Source: Eledone cirrhosa (lineage: Eukaryota). Taken from it: a stretch of DNA of 64,000 nucleotides. This document shows positions 35,892 through 52,282 of the stretch, piece by piece. The stretch spans positions 137,206,001-137,270,000 of the forward strand of contig OZ024742.1 in the NCBI GenBank assembly GCA_964016885.1, read 5' to 3'. The position numbers and the translations under genes were made by a program. The notes below the pieces were generated by a model, which was not told where the DNA came from, ran no database searches, and saw nothing but the letters and a program-made list of their open reading frames with translations. Numbering within the stretch: the first letter of the stretch is position 1; the number at the start of each line of letters is the position of its first letter.

Positions 35892-38800
35892 CGGCCAAAA
35901 TGTTATCTCTGTGGGTCGAAGGGTCACCTCAGGTCCTTTTCCCCGCAGAAGACAGCGAAGAAGGCCCCTCTCCTTCCAATACCTGATCCGCTGCTACCAA
36001 GAGCAGGGCAGGGAACAAACGCAGAAGCCCCTTCCACGGTGAGTAGGAGGGCAACGTCCGCAGCACCCGTACCAAGGCCACGGATAACTAAAGCAGCATC
36101 ATCAGTGGCGGCAACACCAATAGCTACATTTGAAGTAGCTACACCAGCAACAAAATTGCCGAAGCGGGCTCCACTACCACCACCAACACCGTGGAGCACA
36201 TACCCCTCCCAGACGCCACAGAATCCGACATGGAGCTTGAAGCGGGAGTGAAGTGGCAAACGGTTTTCCACATAAAACAAAAAAAAAAACCCTTAGATTC
36301 ACCTTCCAAAAGCGAAGGCATAAAAAGAGGGGTAAAGGCAGCAAGGAAACTTGCAGCAACACCACCACCATCACCACCACAAATACCACTGACAACAACA
36401 ACCACACCACCACCAGCATCACCCAAAACACCAACAACGAAAACACAACAAGACACACACACCAAACAGCAACAAAATCACCCCTTGCCCAAAAAGTACA
36501 CAGCCATAAACATGGTAAAAAAAGAACTCATACAATATATAATGCAGCACACAAACATCACAGAAAAAAACTACTACAGCCCACCAATACGAAGAACTCT
36601 CCCGACAAACATAAGCATCATCGAAATCTCAATATAACAGTACAAACTTTTAAAACAAAAATTCCACAACGCATTGGAATCTTCAGAAGGTCGGTTACCA
36701 AGAGGATATACACTGACATCCTCTTGGAAACACGCATAACCAGCGAAAGGGACGGTTCTACTGTCCCTTCACCACATGATCAAGGTAATTGACCCTTTCT
36801 CACTTGCCCCGTTTCTAATCCAACATGGCCTTACTCAGAATAGGCAGTATAAATGTACGTGGCCTGGTGTCATCTTGGAAGCAGGGTCACCTGCTCAACG
36901 ACCACAGGTCACTAAACGTAGATGTGGTGGCCATCAGTGAAACCAGAATCTCCGAAACACAAGTCTTCGCACCGATCTTCGGCGGCTACGATGTATACGC
37001 ATCTCCCAGCCGTCCAGGGTCGGGGGAAGGAGTTGCCGTCCTTTTTCGGAGAGGCTTAGATCTCGCGATACGGGCCATCTTCCTAGACCCAGAAGGCAAG
37101 TCGGTGGTGCTGGACGTGACCGGCTGCGAAGGCAATGATTTCAGGCTAATAGCCGTCTATGCCCCAGCAGGGGCAGGACGGCCAGATTTCAACAGACGTC
37201 TAGAGACCTTTCATGGAACGTCCCGCTCTTTAGTTCCAGTGGAACGGTATCTTAGATGCACGCTGGGATCGTGTGCGGCTAGTGGATAGGGGAGGAGGGT
37301 GCAAGAGCCTCACCAACCTGCTCAGACGTTTTGAACTGTCTAACAGGTATAGACTGGATCACTCGAATGTGCCAATGTGGACATGGACAAACCGCATCGG
37401 GTCATCCAGATCGTATCTCGGTAGGGTATTCTGCAGAGAACTAGATAAGGCTAGTATAAGTTCTCCACAATTTAAAATAGTCGACTACACATACCACACA
37501 TTTGTGATCTGTGAGATCGACATAGACAGACTTCATAGACAAGGGCCTGGTTACTGGAAGCTGAACGCGTTTTTCCCTGCGCGCAAAGCCTACAGAGACC
37601 GGTTTAGCATATTAGTTAAGCAGGCGTTGACGGGAGCGGACGTCAACATCAGGTGGTGGTTCGCCCTGAAAAGGGCAATTAAAGTAGAGTCGATTAGGTT
37701 TAGCAAAGGAGTAGTGATAGAAGAAAATAGAGTAGAGGGAGAGCTAGTCAGAAAGCTAGAAGAGGCGTTTAGGATAGGCATCGCAACCGACGTGCTTGCG
37801 GCGAGATTGGCACTCGACCAATTCTTCAACGCAAAACACGAAGGCTGCGTTATCAGAGTTAGAGCGCGTGCTCTGAAACACGAGGGGACAAAAGCCGTCC
37901 AATGGGCCCGGGTGGCAGAGGCGCGACATGACAACAAAGCCACAATTCGGTCTTTGTCTAACCAAAACGGGTGCGTGATGCTCGAACCCGAGCGGATGTG
38001 TGAAGCTTTTCAGCAGCACTTTGCTGAACTGTTCGGGAGCGGCGGCGGCCAGGATAGGGGCATGGACTTCAGTGTATACCTCGACAGACTGCCTCGGCTC
38101 TCGACAACCGCAGCACAGAGTTGCGAAAAGCCAATAACAGCCGGTGAAATAAGGGAAGCGATGGCTAACTGCACAAGGGGTAAATGCCAGGTTTGGATGA
38201 TCTCACCTACGAGTTTTATGCATTTATGCCAGACTTGTTCGGTGACCTCTTGGCAGACGTCTACTGCAACTGGCAGCAGAACGGGAGCATTCCCAGTTTT
38301 GTGAGCCGGGGAGCAGTGGCGCTGCTGAGAAAAGACCCGAACAAGGGGGATGTTATCGATAATTTCAGGCCCATAACCTTGCTAAACGCAGAGTTCAAGA
38401 TTTTGGCCAAGGTGTCGTCGTCAAGGGTCTGGTGGGAGAGGCGCAGACATGCGCCATTCCGGACAGATCCATACACGACAAACTCCACCTCATGCGTTAC
38501 ATCATAGAGAGGGTGGTTAAGGAACCTGGCACGGGTGGGGCCCTGATCAACTTGGATCAATCCAAATCATTCGATAGGGTCGACCACCGGTACCTGGCGG
38601 CGGTCCTCGAGGCAGCCGGTTTCGGGCCCGTTTTTAGGGGTTGGATCACAGCAATGTACAGCGACATCTGCTCAGTTGTGAGGGTGAACGGTCACCTGTC
38701 GCAGCCGTTCAGCATCATGCGCTCAGTCCACCAGGGTTGTCCCCTCTCGTCCCTCTTGTACGTATTGGCTCTCGAACCATTACTGCACAAACTGGGGGCA

Positions 38801-40540
38801 ATGATGGGCGTCCCACGCGAACTAGGATGCAGGAAATCCGAGTCGGCTTACGCTGACGACGTCACCGTGGTGGTGTCGAGCACCAGACACGTCCATATGC
38901 TCGGCACCGCTCTCAAGGAATACGAAGCGGTGACAGGAGCAAAGATAAACTAGGAAAAGTCGGTGGGCTTGCAGCTCGTCACCTGGAGAGGCAAATCGAT
39001 GCCGTCCGACAGCATCGTGGGGCGTTGGACGGACAGACAGGTTAAATTGCTCGGGGTCTGGTTCGTACCGGACCTCCAGATGGAGAAAAGCTGGAACGAG
39101 ATGAGGAGCAGGGTGGCCTCTCTCACCCAGAAATGGGCCGAGAGGAAGCTGTACCTGAAAGGCCGGGCGGAGGTGGCGAATGAGTACATCGCATCCATCA
39201 TCTGCTACCGCCTCACCGTCGTCCCTTGCTCCAGCCCAACTCTCACCAAAATGGAGCGCCACCTCTTCCGCTTTTTGTGGAAGGGACGCGCTCCCATGGT
39301 CAGACGATCCATCTGCTGGCAACACCCGTTGCGTGGGGGAATTGGCATGCCATGGCTGATGATGCGCAAACATGCGCTGAGGCTGCGACATCTCTGGTGC
39401 ATCCTTGATGTTGAACAGGTGTGGTCGCCGTTCGCCAGGCACGTTTTCCCACAGCTCGTCTCCTTGACAGAGCTGCAGTCCTGGGTCAGAAAAATCCCGA
39501 GGGATAGCGCTTGGAAACTGGAATGTCTCCAGGCGCTCACTGCCCTCTGCCAGCTGGGCACCAGTATCAGTAGAACATCCACCTCGGCGTTCTATAGAGG
39601 ATTAGTGGAGGGGAAGAGTGACGACATTCTCGGAGAGATCCTGGGCGTCGAAGAAGATCAGCTCTTTGCTCTATTCCGGAGAACTTTCAGCCCGGGGCCT
39701 ATGGATAACTACCAAAATCCCTGAACTGGCAGTGCTACCGGGGAGCGCTGCCGGTTCGAGATAACTCTACAGGCACGGAAGTGCCGTCAGCCGAGCCTGT
39801 TCGAGATGCGCGCAGAGCGACGAAACCGTCGTTCACGCAATCCTTCAGTGCCCGAGCATTGCTGACTTGTGGAGCTATGTCGAACAGTTGCTGTCGCGTG
39901 TAGGACTGATCCGGTTGTCGACTGAGTCCATTGTGCAGATGGTCTCGCCGTCTTCCTTCGAGGAGGAATGGCATGTGGTTTTCATCTGCCTGGTGGCCAT
40001 GGCGAAAGATATTGTGGTGGACAAGGTTAAAAGGCTTAAAGACAGACACTTTCCACTTCGGCGAATCCTTAATTAACTTTTTCAGGTTTCACTTGAAGAG
40101 GAAAATCAGGGTGGAGAGGCAAGTGCTGCTTTCTAGCAAGTTTGTTGAAAGGTGGGTTAATGTAGCGAGAATGGTCCGAGTGAACGGGACCACTCTGAAT
40201 ATACGTCTGTAGTTTGAAAGATGGAAAAATTGAGAGAGGGCGCTTGCCCTGGTGGTCAGGGTGGCCGTGGTCTTTTGTGAGGTTTTCGCCACAAGTAACT
40301 CTCGGAGGTTTCCCCCCTATTGGGGAATTTTTCATTGTTTCAATTTTCATTTTCTTGTTTATATATATATGTTTCTATGTCTTTTTCTTTTTCCTTTCTT
40401 ATATAAATAATAAAAATTGTTACACGCACAAAAGTCCACATCGTACCGTCCTGTACCGCACTGTGCCGTCTGTAATGTTTTTCTTGATGTCAGCCCTTGT
40501 GGCCAATAAAGAAATCATTATTATTATTATTATTATTATT
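35892..40540 (+). mobile_element. Tx1 copy 2, 5'-truncated at the ORF1 zinc knuckle, (ATT)n tail
   Basis: Starts RPKCYLCGSKGHLRSF; ORF2 36825-40212 with APE/RT (AYADD) motifs and frameshifts; AATAAAGAAATC(ATT)8. Confidence 0.92.
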
Positions 40541-43500
40541 GGCGTCCTACGTAGTAAATCCTATCATCGTGAGCTCCGCAAAGGTTTGTTATTTTCAGTT
40601 GTTTAAAATTGCTATTCATGGAAAAGTTTTATTGTTAACTGTATATAAGTGCACATACATGGTTTTCCGAAAAGAACACTCAAAACGATTAGGGACTTGA
40701 GCCCAAAATTTAAACTTTAATAATCATAAATAAAAACTTTCTTTGAAAAAAACATGGATGACTCACAGCCACACGAAGCTGACAGCCTTCCTCACAAACT
40801 AACACCTCACACCGACACCACCATTGTAAATATTACTACGTTTGCCAACACGAAAAATATAAGCAGTAGCAATATTTTAAATTTGTCTCAGGCAGACATT
40901 CATTTCCCGCCATTACCAATGACTGCAGGTGTTAAAGCCGCCACCACCACCACCACCAGCAGAAACAAAAGAAAAAAATAAATTAACTCATGATATCGAA
41001 ATGAATTCAACCAAAATAAACTCTTCCACACCGAACACCACTGACGCCACCACCACCACAAATGAAACTAAAATTAGCAATAACAAAAATAACGATAACA
41101 ACAACAGCAACAATGAAATTAATAAAACTACCCTGAGTTTTGACAGAGTAGCAAAAACGTGCGAAGCGATACAGGTAACTCAGGAGGAATTAGAAGAGGC
41201 CAAAAAAAATGGTAAAGAAAGATGGGTACAGGGTCAGCCTCCCCTCACCACCACCTAATAAAATGGAGCATCGGCGCCTATGCACCGTGTCTTATCATAC
41301 AATATATAAAATCGCGCCGAGTGGAACGGGCATCAGAGTCCCAAATCCAAAATCTTTGGGACATGTGTGGGCAAAATAAATCCACATACGACGTGAGCAG
41401 AAGTATGGAACCGGGGACGTGTTCTTTGAAACACCACAGGAGGCTAAAGAACACTCCATGGCTCCATAAAGAAGTGACAACTTCACACTCGTCCCAAGCT
41501 ATTGTGGCCAGAGACTCGTAAAGATCAGGGTCACCCACGTTCCACCGGCCATCGAATTCCCTGGCTAATAGCTGCCGTCCTCACCGGCATCGAAGCCAAT
41601 ACCAAGATAATAGAAATAGCGAAAGAAAAGCAGGAGAACTGGTCCGGATCTGGGATGGAGCTCCTGATCCAAGCGGACCAAAAAAGAATTGAGGAGATCA
41701 CAGAGGTAATAGACCTCACTGACGGCAGCCACCTCACCGTAATTGTCGAGGGCAGAAGGCCTAGGTGTGTCGTTTGTGGTGAAGGAACCCACCTAAGGGC
41801 TTTCTGCCCTCAGGCTAAAAGGTTGAGGCCACCTCTCCTACCCACCCCAGTGACTCAACCATCAACACCACCAGCAGCAGAAATGGCAGCAACAACTGTA
41901 GCAGCAACAACAGAAACAACTGTAATAGCAACAACCCCAGCAACAGTAGCAAAACCAACACCACCACCACCCAAAGCGCCAGAACTAGCACCAGCGCCTA
42001 CACCATCCACCACGCCACAACCAAAACTAACGCCTGTGGAGGATTTTCCACTCCCCGGCCTATCACAACTGGAGACAGATTGTGACGGCGAGGAGTGGGA
42101 AACGCTATCAGGAAAAAAGAAAATAAGAAACCAAAAAAGAAAAAATTCTCTTCCTTCCCCCACCAAAAACAAAATACAGAGGGAAACAAATAAACTATCA
42201 AACAAAAAAGTTAGGAGAGACATGCCACCTTACACACCAGCATCACCAACCCTATCACCCCAAACACCAACACCATCACCATCATTAACCTCAACACCAC
42301 CATCACCAACACCACAAAAGTCACCAAAATGCGAAACAGAAACAAACCCACAACAAACGCAAACAAAACAAAACAACCAAAACGATACACACTACACAGC
42401 ATTAAATTTGAACAACAACCAATTATTACACTACATCCAACACAACACCAGCATCACAGAAAAAGACTACACAACAACCCAAAAGATCACACCACCTCCA
42501 CACATACAAATCACTCGCATCACACAGAAAACGTACATGACACTAAAACAAAAAATTCCCCAAAGACATCGGAGACTTCCGACAAGCACTCTCCAGGAGG
42601 ATTTATAAGGACATCCTTCCTGAGGAGGCCACAAGCAGTTAAAAGGATGGACACACCATCCTTCCTCTACGAGAAGTAAGGTAAGTGGTCTTTCCCATCT
42701 TTTCCACTCCATTTCAACATGACCTCACTCAGAATAGGCAACATAAATGCGCGTGGCTTGGGGTCGTCATGGAAGCAGGGTCACCTGCTCAACGACCTCA
42801 GGTCACTAAACATAGATGTATAGGCCATCTAAGTCGATCTACGGCGGCTACGATGTGTACGCACCTCCCAGCCGTCCGGGATCGGGGGGAGGAGTTGCTG
42901 TGCTTTTTCGGAGACGTTTGGATCTTGCCATACGGGCCATCTTCCTGGACTCAGAAGGTAAGTTGGTGGTGCTGGACGTGACCAGCGGAGACGGGCAAGC
43001 TTTCAGGTTAGTGGACGTCTATGTCCCGACAGGAGCAGGGCGGCCTGATTTCTTCCGGCGTCTGGAGACCTTTCTTGGAACGTACCGCTCTTTAGTGTTA
43101 GTGGGCGACTGGAACGGGATCTTAGATGCACGCTGGGACTGTGTCGGATTAGTGGATAGGGGAGGAGGGTGCAAGAGTCTCACCAACCTACTCAGGCGTT
43201 TTGAACTGTCTGACAGGTACCGATTGGATTTCCCGAATGTGCCAATGTGGACTTGGACAAATCGCATAGGGTCATCAAGATCATATCTAGATAGAGTATT
43301 TTGTAGGGAAATAGATAGGTCTAGCATAGGCTTTCCACAATTCAAGATAGTCAGCTACACGGACCACAAATTCCTGATTTGTGTGCTTGAATTAGATAGG
43401 GCTACTGGAAGCTAAACGGGTCCTTACCAGCGCGCAAGGCCTAGAGAGACCGGATTAGCGAACTGCGTTGTCAGAGCTAGGGTGCGTCCTCTCAGACACG

Positions 43501-46033
43501 AGGGGACGAAAGCCGTTCAATGGGCCCGAGTGGCGGAGGCGCGTCGTGGCAACAAAGCCACGATCCGGTCTTTGGTGGACCACGACGGGCGCATGCCACT
43601 CGATCCCGGGCAAATGTGTGAAGCTTTTCAGCGACACTTCGCACAGCTGTTCGGGGGCAGCGGCGGGCCGGATCGAGGGATGGACTTTAGTGTCTACCTC
43701 GACGGACTGCCGCGGCTCTCGGCCACTGAGGCGGAGTGTTGCGAAAAGCCGCACAAGTGGTAAATCGCTTATGTTTGGATGGGCTGCCCTATGAACTTTA
43801 CGTACAGATGCCAGACTTGTTCGGAGGCCTCTTGTCGGACGTCTACTGCAACTGGCAACAGAACGGGAGAATACCCAGCTCTGTGAGCCGAGGAGCTGTG
43901 GCGCTGCTTAGAAAGGATCCGAAAAAAGGGGTTACATAGATAATTTCAGCCCCATAACTCTGCTAAACACTGAGTTCAAGATTTTGGCCAAGGTGCTAGC
44001 AAAGAGGTTGGCGCTTGTCGTTGGTGGTCTGGTTGGAGAGGCGCAGACGTGCACCATTTCTGACAGATCCATCCACAACAACCTCCACCTCATGCGATAC
44101 ATCGTAGAGAGGGTAGCTAGGGAACCTGGCACGGGTGTGTCCTTGATCAATTTAGATCAGTCTAAAGCTTACGATAGGGTCGACCATCGTTACCTAGCGG
44201 CAGTCCTGAGAGCGGCTGGCTTTGGGCCCGTCTTCAGAGGCTGGATCGCTGCCATGCACAGCGACATCTGCTCTGTGGTGAGAGTGAACGGTCACATTTC
44301 GGAACAGTTCAACATCATGCGCTCGGTCCGCCAAGGATGTCCCCTCTCATCCCTCTTGTACGTATTGACTCTCGAGCCATTATTGCACAAACTGGAGACG
44401 TTGAGGGGCGTCCCGCGCGAACTAGGATGCGGAAGATCCGTGTCAGCATATGCCGACGATGTCACCGTAGTGGTGTCGAACGCCAAACACATCGAGGCGA
44501 TCGGCACTACACTAAGAGAATACGAAGCGGTGACAGGAGCAATGATCAACCAGGAAAAGTCAGTGGGCCTGCAGCTCGGCACCTGGAGAGGCAGGTCCAT
44601 GCCGTCCAACATCGTCGTCGGACGCTGGATGGACGGACCGGTTAAATTGCTAGGGGTCTGGTTCGGTCCGCACCTCCAGACGGACAAAAACTGGGACGAG
44701 GTGACGAGCAGGGTGGTTTCTCTCACCCAGAAATGAACCGAGAGGAAGTTATCCCTGAAAGGTCGAGCGGAGGTGGCTAACGCGTACATCGCGTCCGTCA
44801 TCTACTACCGCCTGACCGTTGTACCTTGTCCTAAGCCCCGCCTGACTGCGCTGGAGCGTTTGCTCTTTCGCTTTTTGTGGAAGGGACGCGCTCCGATGAT
44901 CAGGCTATCATTCTGCTGTCAACACCCGCTACGTGGTAGGCTGGGCAAGCCGTGGTTGATGATGCGGAGATGCGCTCACCTCTTCCTCGACGGTGATCAG
45001 GTGTGGTCGCCGTTTGCTAGACACGTCTTTCCCCAGCTCGTCTCCTTGACAGAGCTGCAGTCCTGGGTCAAGCGAAGACCGAGAGGGAGCGCTTGGAGAC
45101 TGGAATGTCTTCTGGCGCTCCCAGCCCTCGACCAATCGGGCAATGTGATCGGTGGAAACTCCACTTTGCCGTTCTGTAGAGGATTAGTGGAGGGGAAGAG
45201 CGACGACGTACTTGGAGAAACTCTAGGCGTCGGCGAAAATCAACTAGCCAATCTCTTCGGAAGGAATTTCGGGCCGGGGCCTATGGACAACTTCCAGAAA
45301 TCCTTGGCCTGGCAATGCTACTGAGGAGTTTTGCCAGTTCGGGATAAACTCTAAAGGCATGGAGGTGCCATCAGCCGGGCATGTCCGGGATCCGCGCAGG
45401 GCGTCGAAACCGTCCTGCGCGCATTCAGCTAGTGTCCGAGCATTGCCGACTTGTGGGACTATCTCGAACACCTGCTGTCACGTGTGGGACGGATCCAGCT
45501 ATCATCTGAGTCCATAGTGAGGATTTCCCCGCCCTCTTCCTTTAGCCGGTGGCCATGGTGAAAGAGATAGTATGGTGGACACGTTTGAAAGGGCTGAAGA
45601 CGACCACTTACCTCTTCGGTGATGCCCTGATTAACTTTTTCAAATTTCATTTGAAAAGGTAAATCAGGGTAGAGAGGGAAGTGCTCTCTTCCCAGCATTT
45701 TGTTGAAAGATGGGTGAGAGAAGCAACAATGGTCCGAGTGAATGGGCCTACTCTGAGTATGTGTCTGTAAATTAAAGGTGGAAAACTGGGAGAGGGCACT
45801 TGCCCTGGTGGTCAGGGTCACTGTGGCCTTTTAATGGGCTTTCTCCACAAATGTCCCTCGGAAGTCTCCTCCCTATTGGGGAATTTTTCATTGTTATTTT
45901 TTTATTACATCCTCTGTTTTTTTTTACACGCAGAAATGCCCATTTGTACCGTCCTGTATTGTCCTGTACTGTCCTTAATGTCTACTTTATGTTAACCCTT
46001 GTGGTTAATAAAGAAAGCATTATCATTATTATT
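40541..46033 (+). mobile_element. Tx1 copy 3, apparently full length, directly after the (ATT)n tail of copy 2
   Basis: 5'UTR from 40541; ORF1 ~40754-42684 with intact CVVCGEGTHLRAFC knuckle; ORF2 42719-45770 nearly identical to copy 1 but with deletions and stops. Confidence 0.92.
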
Positions 46034-47013
46034 AGCTGGCACCTGGAATGTTGCCAACCACTCACTGCCCTCTACCAAGCGGGCAATGCGATCAGTGGAA
46101 CTTCCACTCTCGAGTTCTATAGAGGATTAGTGGTGGGCAAGTGCGATGACGCACTCGGAGAAGCTTTGGGCCTCGACGAAGTCGAACTGACCCGTCTGTA
46201 CCGGAGGACTTTTGAGCCGGGGACGATGGACAATTTCCAGAAATCCCTCGCTTGGCAGTGTAACCGGGGGGTCACTGCCGGTTCGGGATAAACTCTACAG
46301 GCACGGAAGTGCTGTCAGACGGACCTGCCCAAGATGCGCACAGAACGACGAAACCGTTCTGCACGCACTTGTCCAATGTCCGTGCATTACTGACTTGTGG
46401 AGTTATGTCGAACAGCTACTGTCGCGTGTAGAACGATTCCGGCTATCGGCCGAGTCCATAGTGAGATCGATTCACCGCCTTCCTTAGGTCAGGAAGAGCA
46501 GGAAATGTTCCTCTATCTGGTGGCAGTTGCGAAAGAGATAATATGGTGGACCAGGTTGAAAGGACTAAAGACACTTTTCTCTTCGGCCAATCCCTCATCA
46601 ACTTCTTCAAGTTTCACCTGGAAAGGAAGGTGAGGGTGGAGAGAGAAGTGCTGCCCCCCAGTACATTTGCTAAAGGGTGGGTGAATCTGGCGAGAATGGC
46701 TCGTGTGAATGGGCCTACTCTGACCATGCGCCTATAGGCTAGCTAACTTGAGGAGAGGGGTGCGCTCCCTGGGTGCCCTAGAAGCGCAGGGTGGTTCAGG
46801 ATTGGTGGGGTACTCAAATCACCCCAGGGTCGTCCACCCCCTATCGGGGAATTTATTTTGTTATATTTATGAATAGTTTATTTTATATTTTTATATTTTC
46901 ATTGTTAATTAGTCTTGCCATTGTGCACTTTTACTCGATCTTATTGTAAACCCTCACTGTCCCTGTCTTTGTATTGTCCCCTACATGTCGGCCCTGGTGG
47001 CTAATAAATGAAA

Positions 47014-47045
<32 letters not shown>

Positions 47046-47046
47046 T
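46034..47046 (+). mobile_element. Tx1 copy 4, 5'-truncated 3' fragment of a distinct subfamily
   Basis: LPVRDKLYRHG...CPRC...ETVLHALVQC; ORF ends 46737; different 3'UTR; AATAAATGAAATC(ATT)n. Confidence 0.9.
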
Positions 47047-47676
47047 ACTTGATTTCTCAGTATTTGATGTTATTCAACCGGAATAATTGCCCTAATGAAT
47101 ATTAAGCTACTACCCGCTGGCTGAGATATTCAGAACATATCGGGGAGTTCTTGCTGTTCGCAACAAGCATACCCTTTGAAGTATTTCAAAAAAGGGGGCT
47201 GGACTAATGTTCTTTAACCAGCCTTGAAAACTCTTTGAGATAATACCTACTGCTTCTATGACAATCGGGACGACCTTAATCTCATGACAGTCCCAAATCC
47301 TTTTTAATTCCCACTTTAAATCCTGGTATCGGTTAATTTTTTCTCTTTCCTTTTCTTGCATTCTAGTGTCAATGAGGCAGGCTACATCTACAATCAGTCA
47401 CGATCTGTTTTTCTAGCCAAATACCACCAGGTCAGGCCTATTGCATTCTAATTTCTTGTCTGTCTGTAATCTGAAATCCCATAGCACCTTCTCTCGATCG
47501 ATTTCTATCAGCGACTCTGGCTTATACTCATACCACTTCTCAGAATGTAGTAAATTATTTAGTTTGCACACATGCCAGTGAATCACCTTTCCTATTATAT
47601 CGTGCCTCCATCCGTTATGGTGAGTCTGGGCTAGGTGTTTACACTCGGATACGATGTGAGCCTCAGTTTCCTCACT
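47047..47676 (-). mobile_element. R4/Dong 3' fragment (endonuclease domain), tail-to-tail with Tx1 copy 4
   Basis: EETEAHIVSECKHLA..WRHD..KVLWDFRLQTD..RPDLVV; 3'UTR homologous to 32626-32720. Confidence 0.9.
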
Positions 47677-47779
47677 ATTATAATTATGGTAATGGTGCTG
47701 GATTGGCACTATCGTTAGAATAGCGTACAAATTGTCTTGCAGTATTTAGTTACAGCACTTTACATTCTAATTATGTTTG

Positions 47780-48560
47780 TTGCCTGCTTTGGAATAGAAC
47801 GTCAACATCAGCTTCAACACACTACAAAGAAAGAAGAAAGTCTTTTCTAGATCACAGCAACACTTTTTCTAGAGCGCATCAACATCCAACATCTTTCAAA
47901 AGTCGATGAAATGTTTGGCCAATTAGGTAGACATTTCTAGACAGATCCTTTAGTAGTGTCCACCATACAACCACCTGCATTTCGCCAGGCTGGCGGAGGA
48001 ATATTTCATGCACATCACTAAACAAAGAAAGTAAAGCTTTGAAGAGACACGGTCGATGGCCAGATCATCCAAATACAAGAAAACAGCTGTTGGACAAATT
48101 ATGCAATGCAATGTACTCGTAGGTGACTTGTTGATCCAGCAACGAATACAAAAAAATAGGCCCACCCTACCCTGCACTACAGCATTCCAAAATATTACAT
48201 CTGAACATAGGTGACTGAGTAACTGTGACTGCCCTCACCTATAACACATCTCCCAAGTTGTGGAAACTATAGAAGTTAGGGTATTTGATTGACACAAATT
48301 CTTTTGACACACCTATACCCACAGTGGTTTCGTCAATGTTTGTGTGGCACCAATAATACAAAATCCTGTCCATCATTAGATGAATATTTAGAATGACAGA
48401 GGAGGGATTTTAAAAAAACAAGCATGGGTTATATTACCAAATGCGTGTACAACAGGAGTGCTACTCTCTATACCTCATCAGATGACAAGCCTAAGCTAAA
48501 TTACCAGTAATTTCGTAAGACACGGGCTTCACGTAAGATATTCCGTCTTTTAAAAGGAGG
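47780..48560 (-). mobile_element. Possible old RTE-like 5' relic
   Basis: TGACAAGCCTAA...ACCAGTAAT block at 48483 resembles 17423 in the 5' region of the RTE; weak APE-like remnants. Confidence 0.3.
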
Positions 48561-48772
48561 CTTTAGAAGCTACTCGGGGCGTTTGTGTTGCAGAGTACAT
48601 ATGGGTTGTCAAATTATGATTAAGCTGTCCCATGTACCTCGAATTTGAAATCAGAGTGAAACTTCTCCTTGATAGACTAACAGCGAAGATCATATGAAAT
48701 AAACCGTCTAAGGCATTTTAGTAGCGAGTAGATTCTCAGACATACTACCATTCCAGTCATAATAACCTAAGG

Positions 48773-50668
<1,896 letters not shown>

Positions 50669-51229
50669 CTATCTATCTGTCTCGCTGTCTAAATATCTAC
50701 ATATTTATCTATCTGTGTAGCTCTTTAGCTTTCAGTTTCTTTCTCGCCCCCCCCCCCCCCCACTCCCCTGTCCTCTTTATATATATATATGTGTGTATTT
50801 GTGTGTGTGTGTTTTTGTTTGTGTTGATCATTTTCTTGCGATTGGCGCCAATCGCTGTTGTTTTGTTATCGAAGCATGCTATATTATACTAGTTATATAC
50901 GAAACGTAAAAATAAAACGTCAAATGGACGCACACTTATAAAACGGTTGACTAAACATTAATCTCAAACAAGCCCACAGTCATGGATACATGCACAACTT
51001 TTCTGCTTATCTTCCTCGCATACACACAAATAAATATCATAATGTACATTTGGCACTGCCATTCTCCCATGTCATTGTTTATTTTTGGACCTCCGTCTCT
51101 TGCCACGATGAGTGTTCCAGTAGATCAAACATCGAAACATGGCGTGCATGTAATTAACGTATAATAGGCCGAACGCTTGAGAAACAGATGTTCCTTAACT
51201 TAATTCTTAGTCTGGCTCTTTCAATTATA

Positions 51230-51375
51230 AGGTACAATTTATTTTTATTACCAGCTGAGTGGACTGGAGCAACATGAAATATATTATATTTCTCCGGGAT
51301 ACAACTCACTGCCAGGAATCGAACTCACAACTTACGATCATGGACAGAACAACCTAACTTCTAAACGCACACACG
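51230..51375 (-). mobile_element. SINE family B (CORE-like) fragment
   Basis: Minus strand GAGTTCGATTCC (B box) and TTGCTCCAGTCCACTCAGCTGG. Confidence 0.65.
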
Positions 51376-51454
51376 CTTAGTGATTCAGGTGTTCTTTTAC
51401 GTTTTGTACCTTACTATGAAATATAGTATTTTGTTAGTTATTATTTTAACATGT

Positions 51455-51640
51455 GGATTGGCAGTATAGGTAGAGGGTCCGACGCCATGCTTTCCAGCAT
51501 AGTTACGTCCCTTTACGATCTGAGTTCAAATCCCACCGAGGTTGACTTTGCCTTTCATCCTTACGGGGTCCATAAAATAAAGTACCAGTAATGCACTGGG
51601 TAATTTCTGGCCCTGTGCCTAAAGTAGAAACAATTATTTT
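51455..51640 (+). mobile_element. SINE family A with TSD
   Basis: ATTATTTTAACATGTGGA at 51440 and 51633; another partial minus-strand copy at ~51925-52045. Confidence 0.9.
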
Positions 51641-52152
51641 AACATGTGGATACGGATGAAAAATTGAAATGTGAAATTGTTATCATTCGGAAATGCTATT
51701 TTATTGAGCTAACTAATACATGCATCACGAAGGAGTCTATCTGAATACAATAGATGTGTAACAGAGAAAGATAGAAATTGAGAGAATAGAAGTGAGAAAG
51801 ATATATAGAGGGGAAATGGATAACAGCAATAGACAAATCTCGCCGATTTTTGAACTAAGAGAACAGAGAGCCAGAACGATTACGGCAAAGCATTCCATCC
51901 GACGTTCTAACGAATCTGTCAAACCGCCGCCTGATCTAAACTAATAATTATTTTTACTTTTGGCACAAGGCGAGCAAATATCCAGTGTATTACTGGTACT
52001 ATATTTTATCGACCCCGTAAGGATGAAAGGTAAAGTTAACCTCAAACTAATAATAGCTACTAATAAGTACATGATGTAGTGCATTAAATAATTATATAGA
52101 TGTACAGGTAAGTAGCTTCATTGAAACACACACACACTTTCATATATGTATA

Positions 52153-52272
<120 letters not shown>

Positions 52273-52282
52273 AGTGTGTGTG

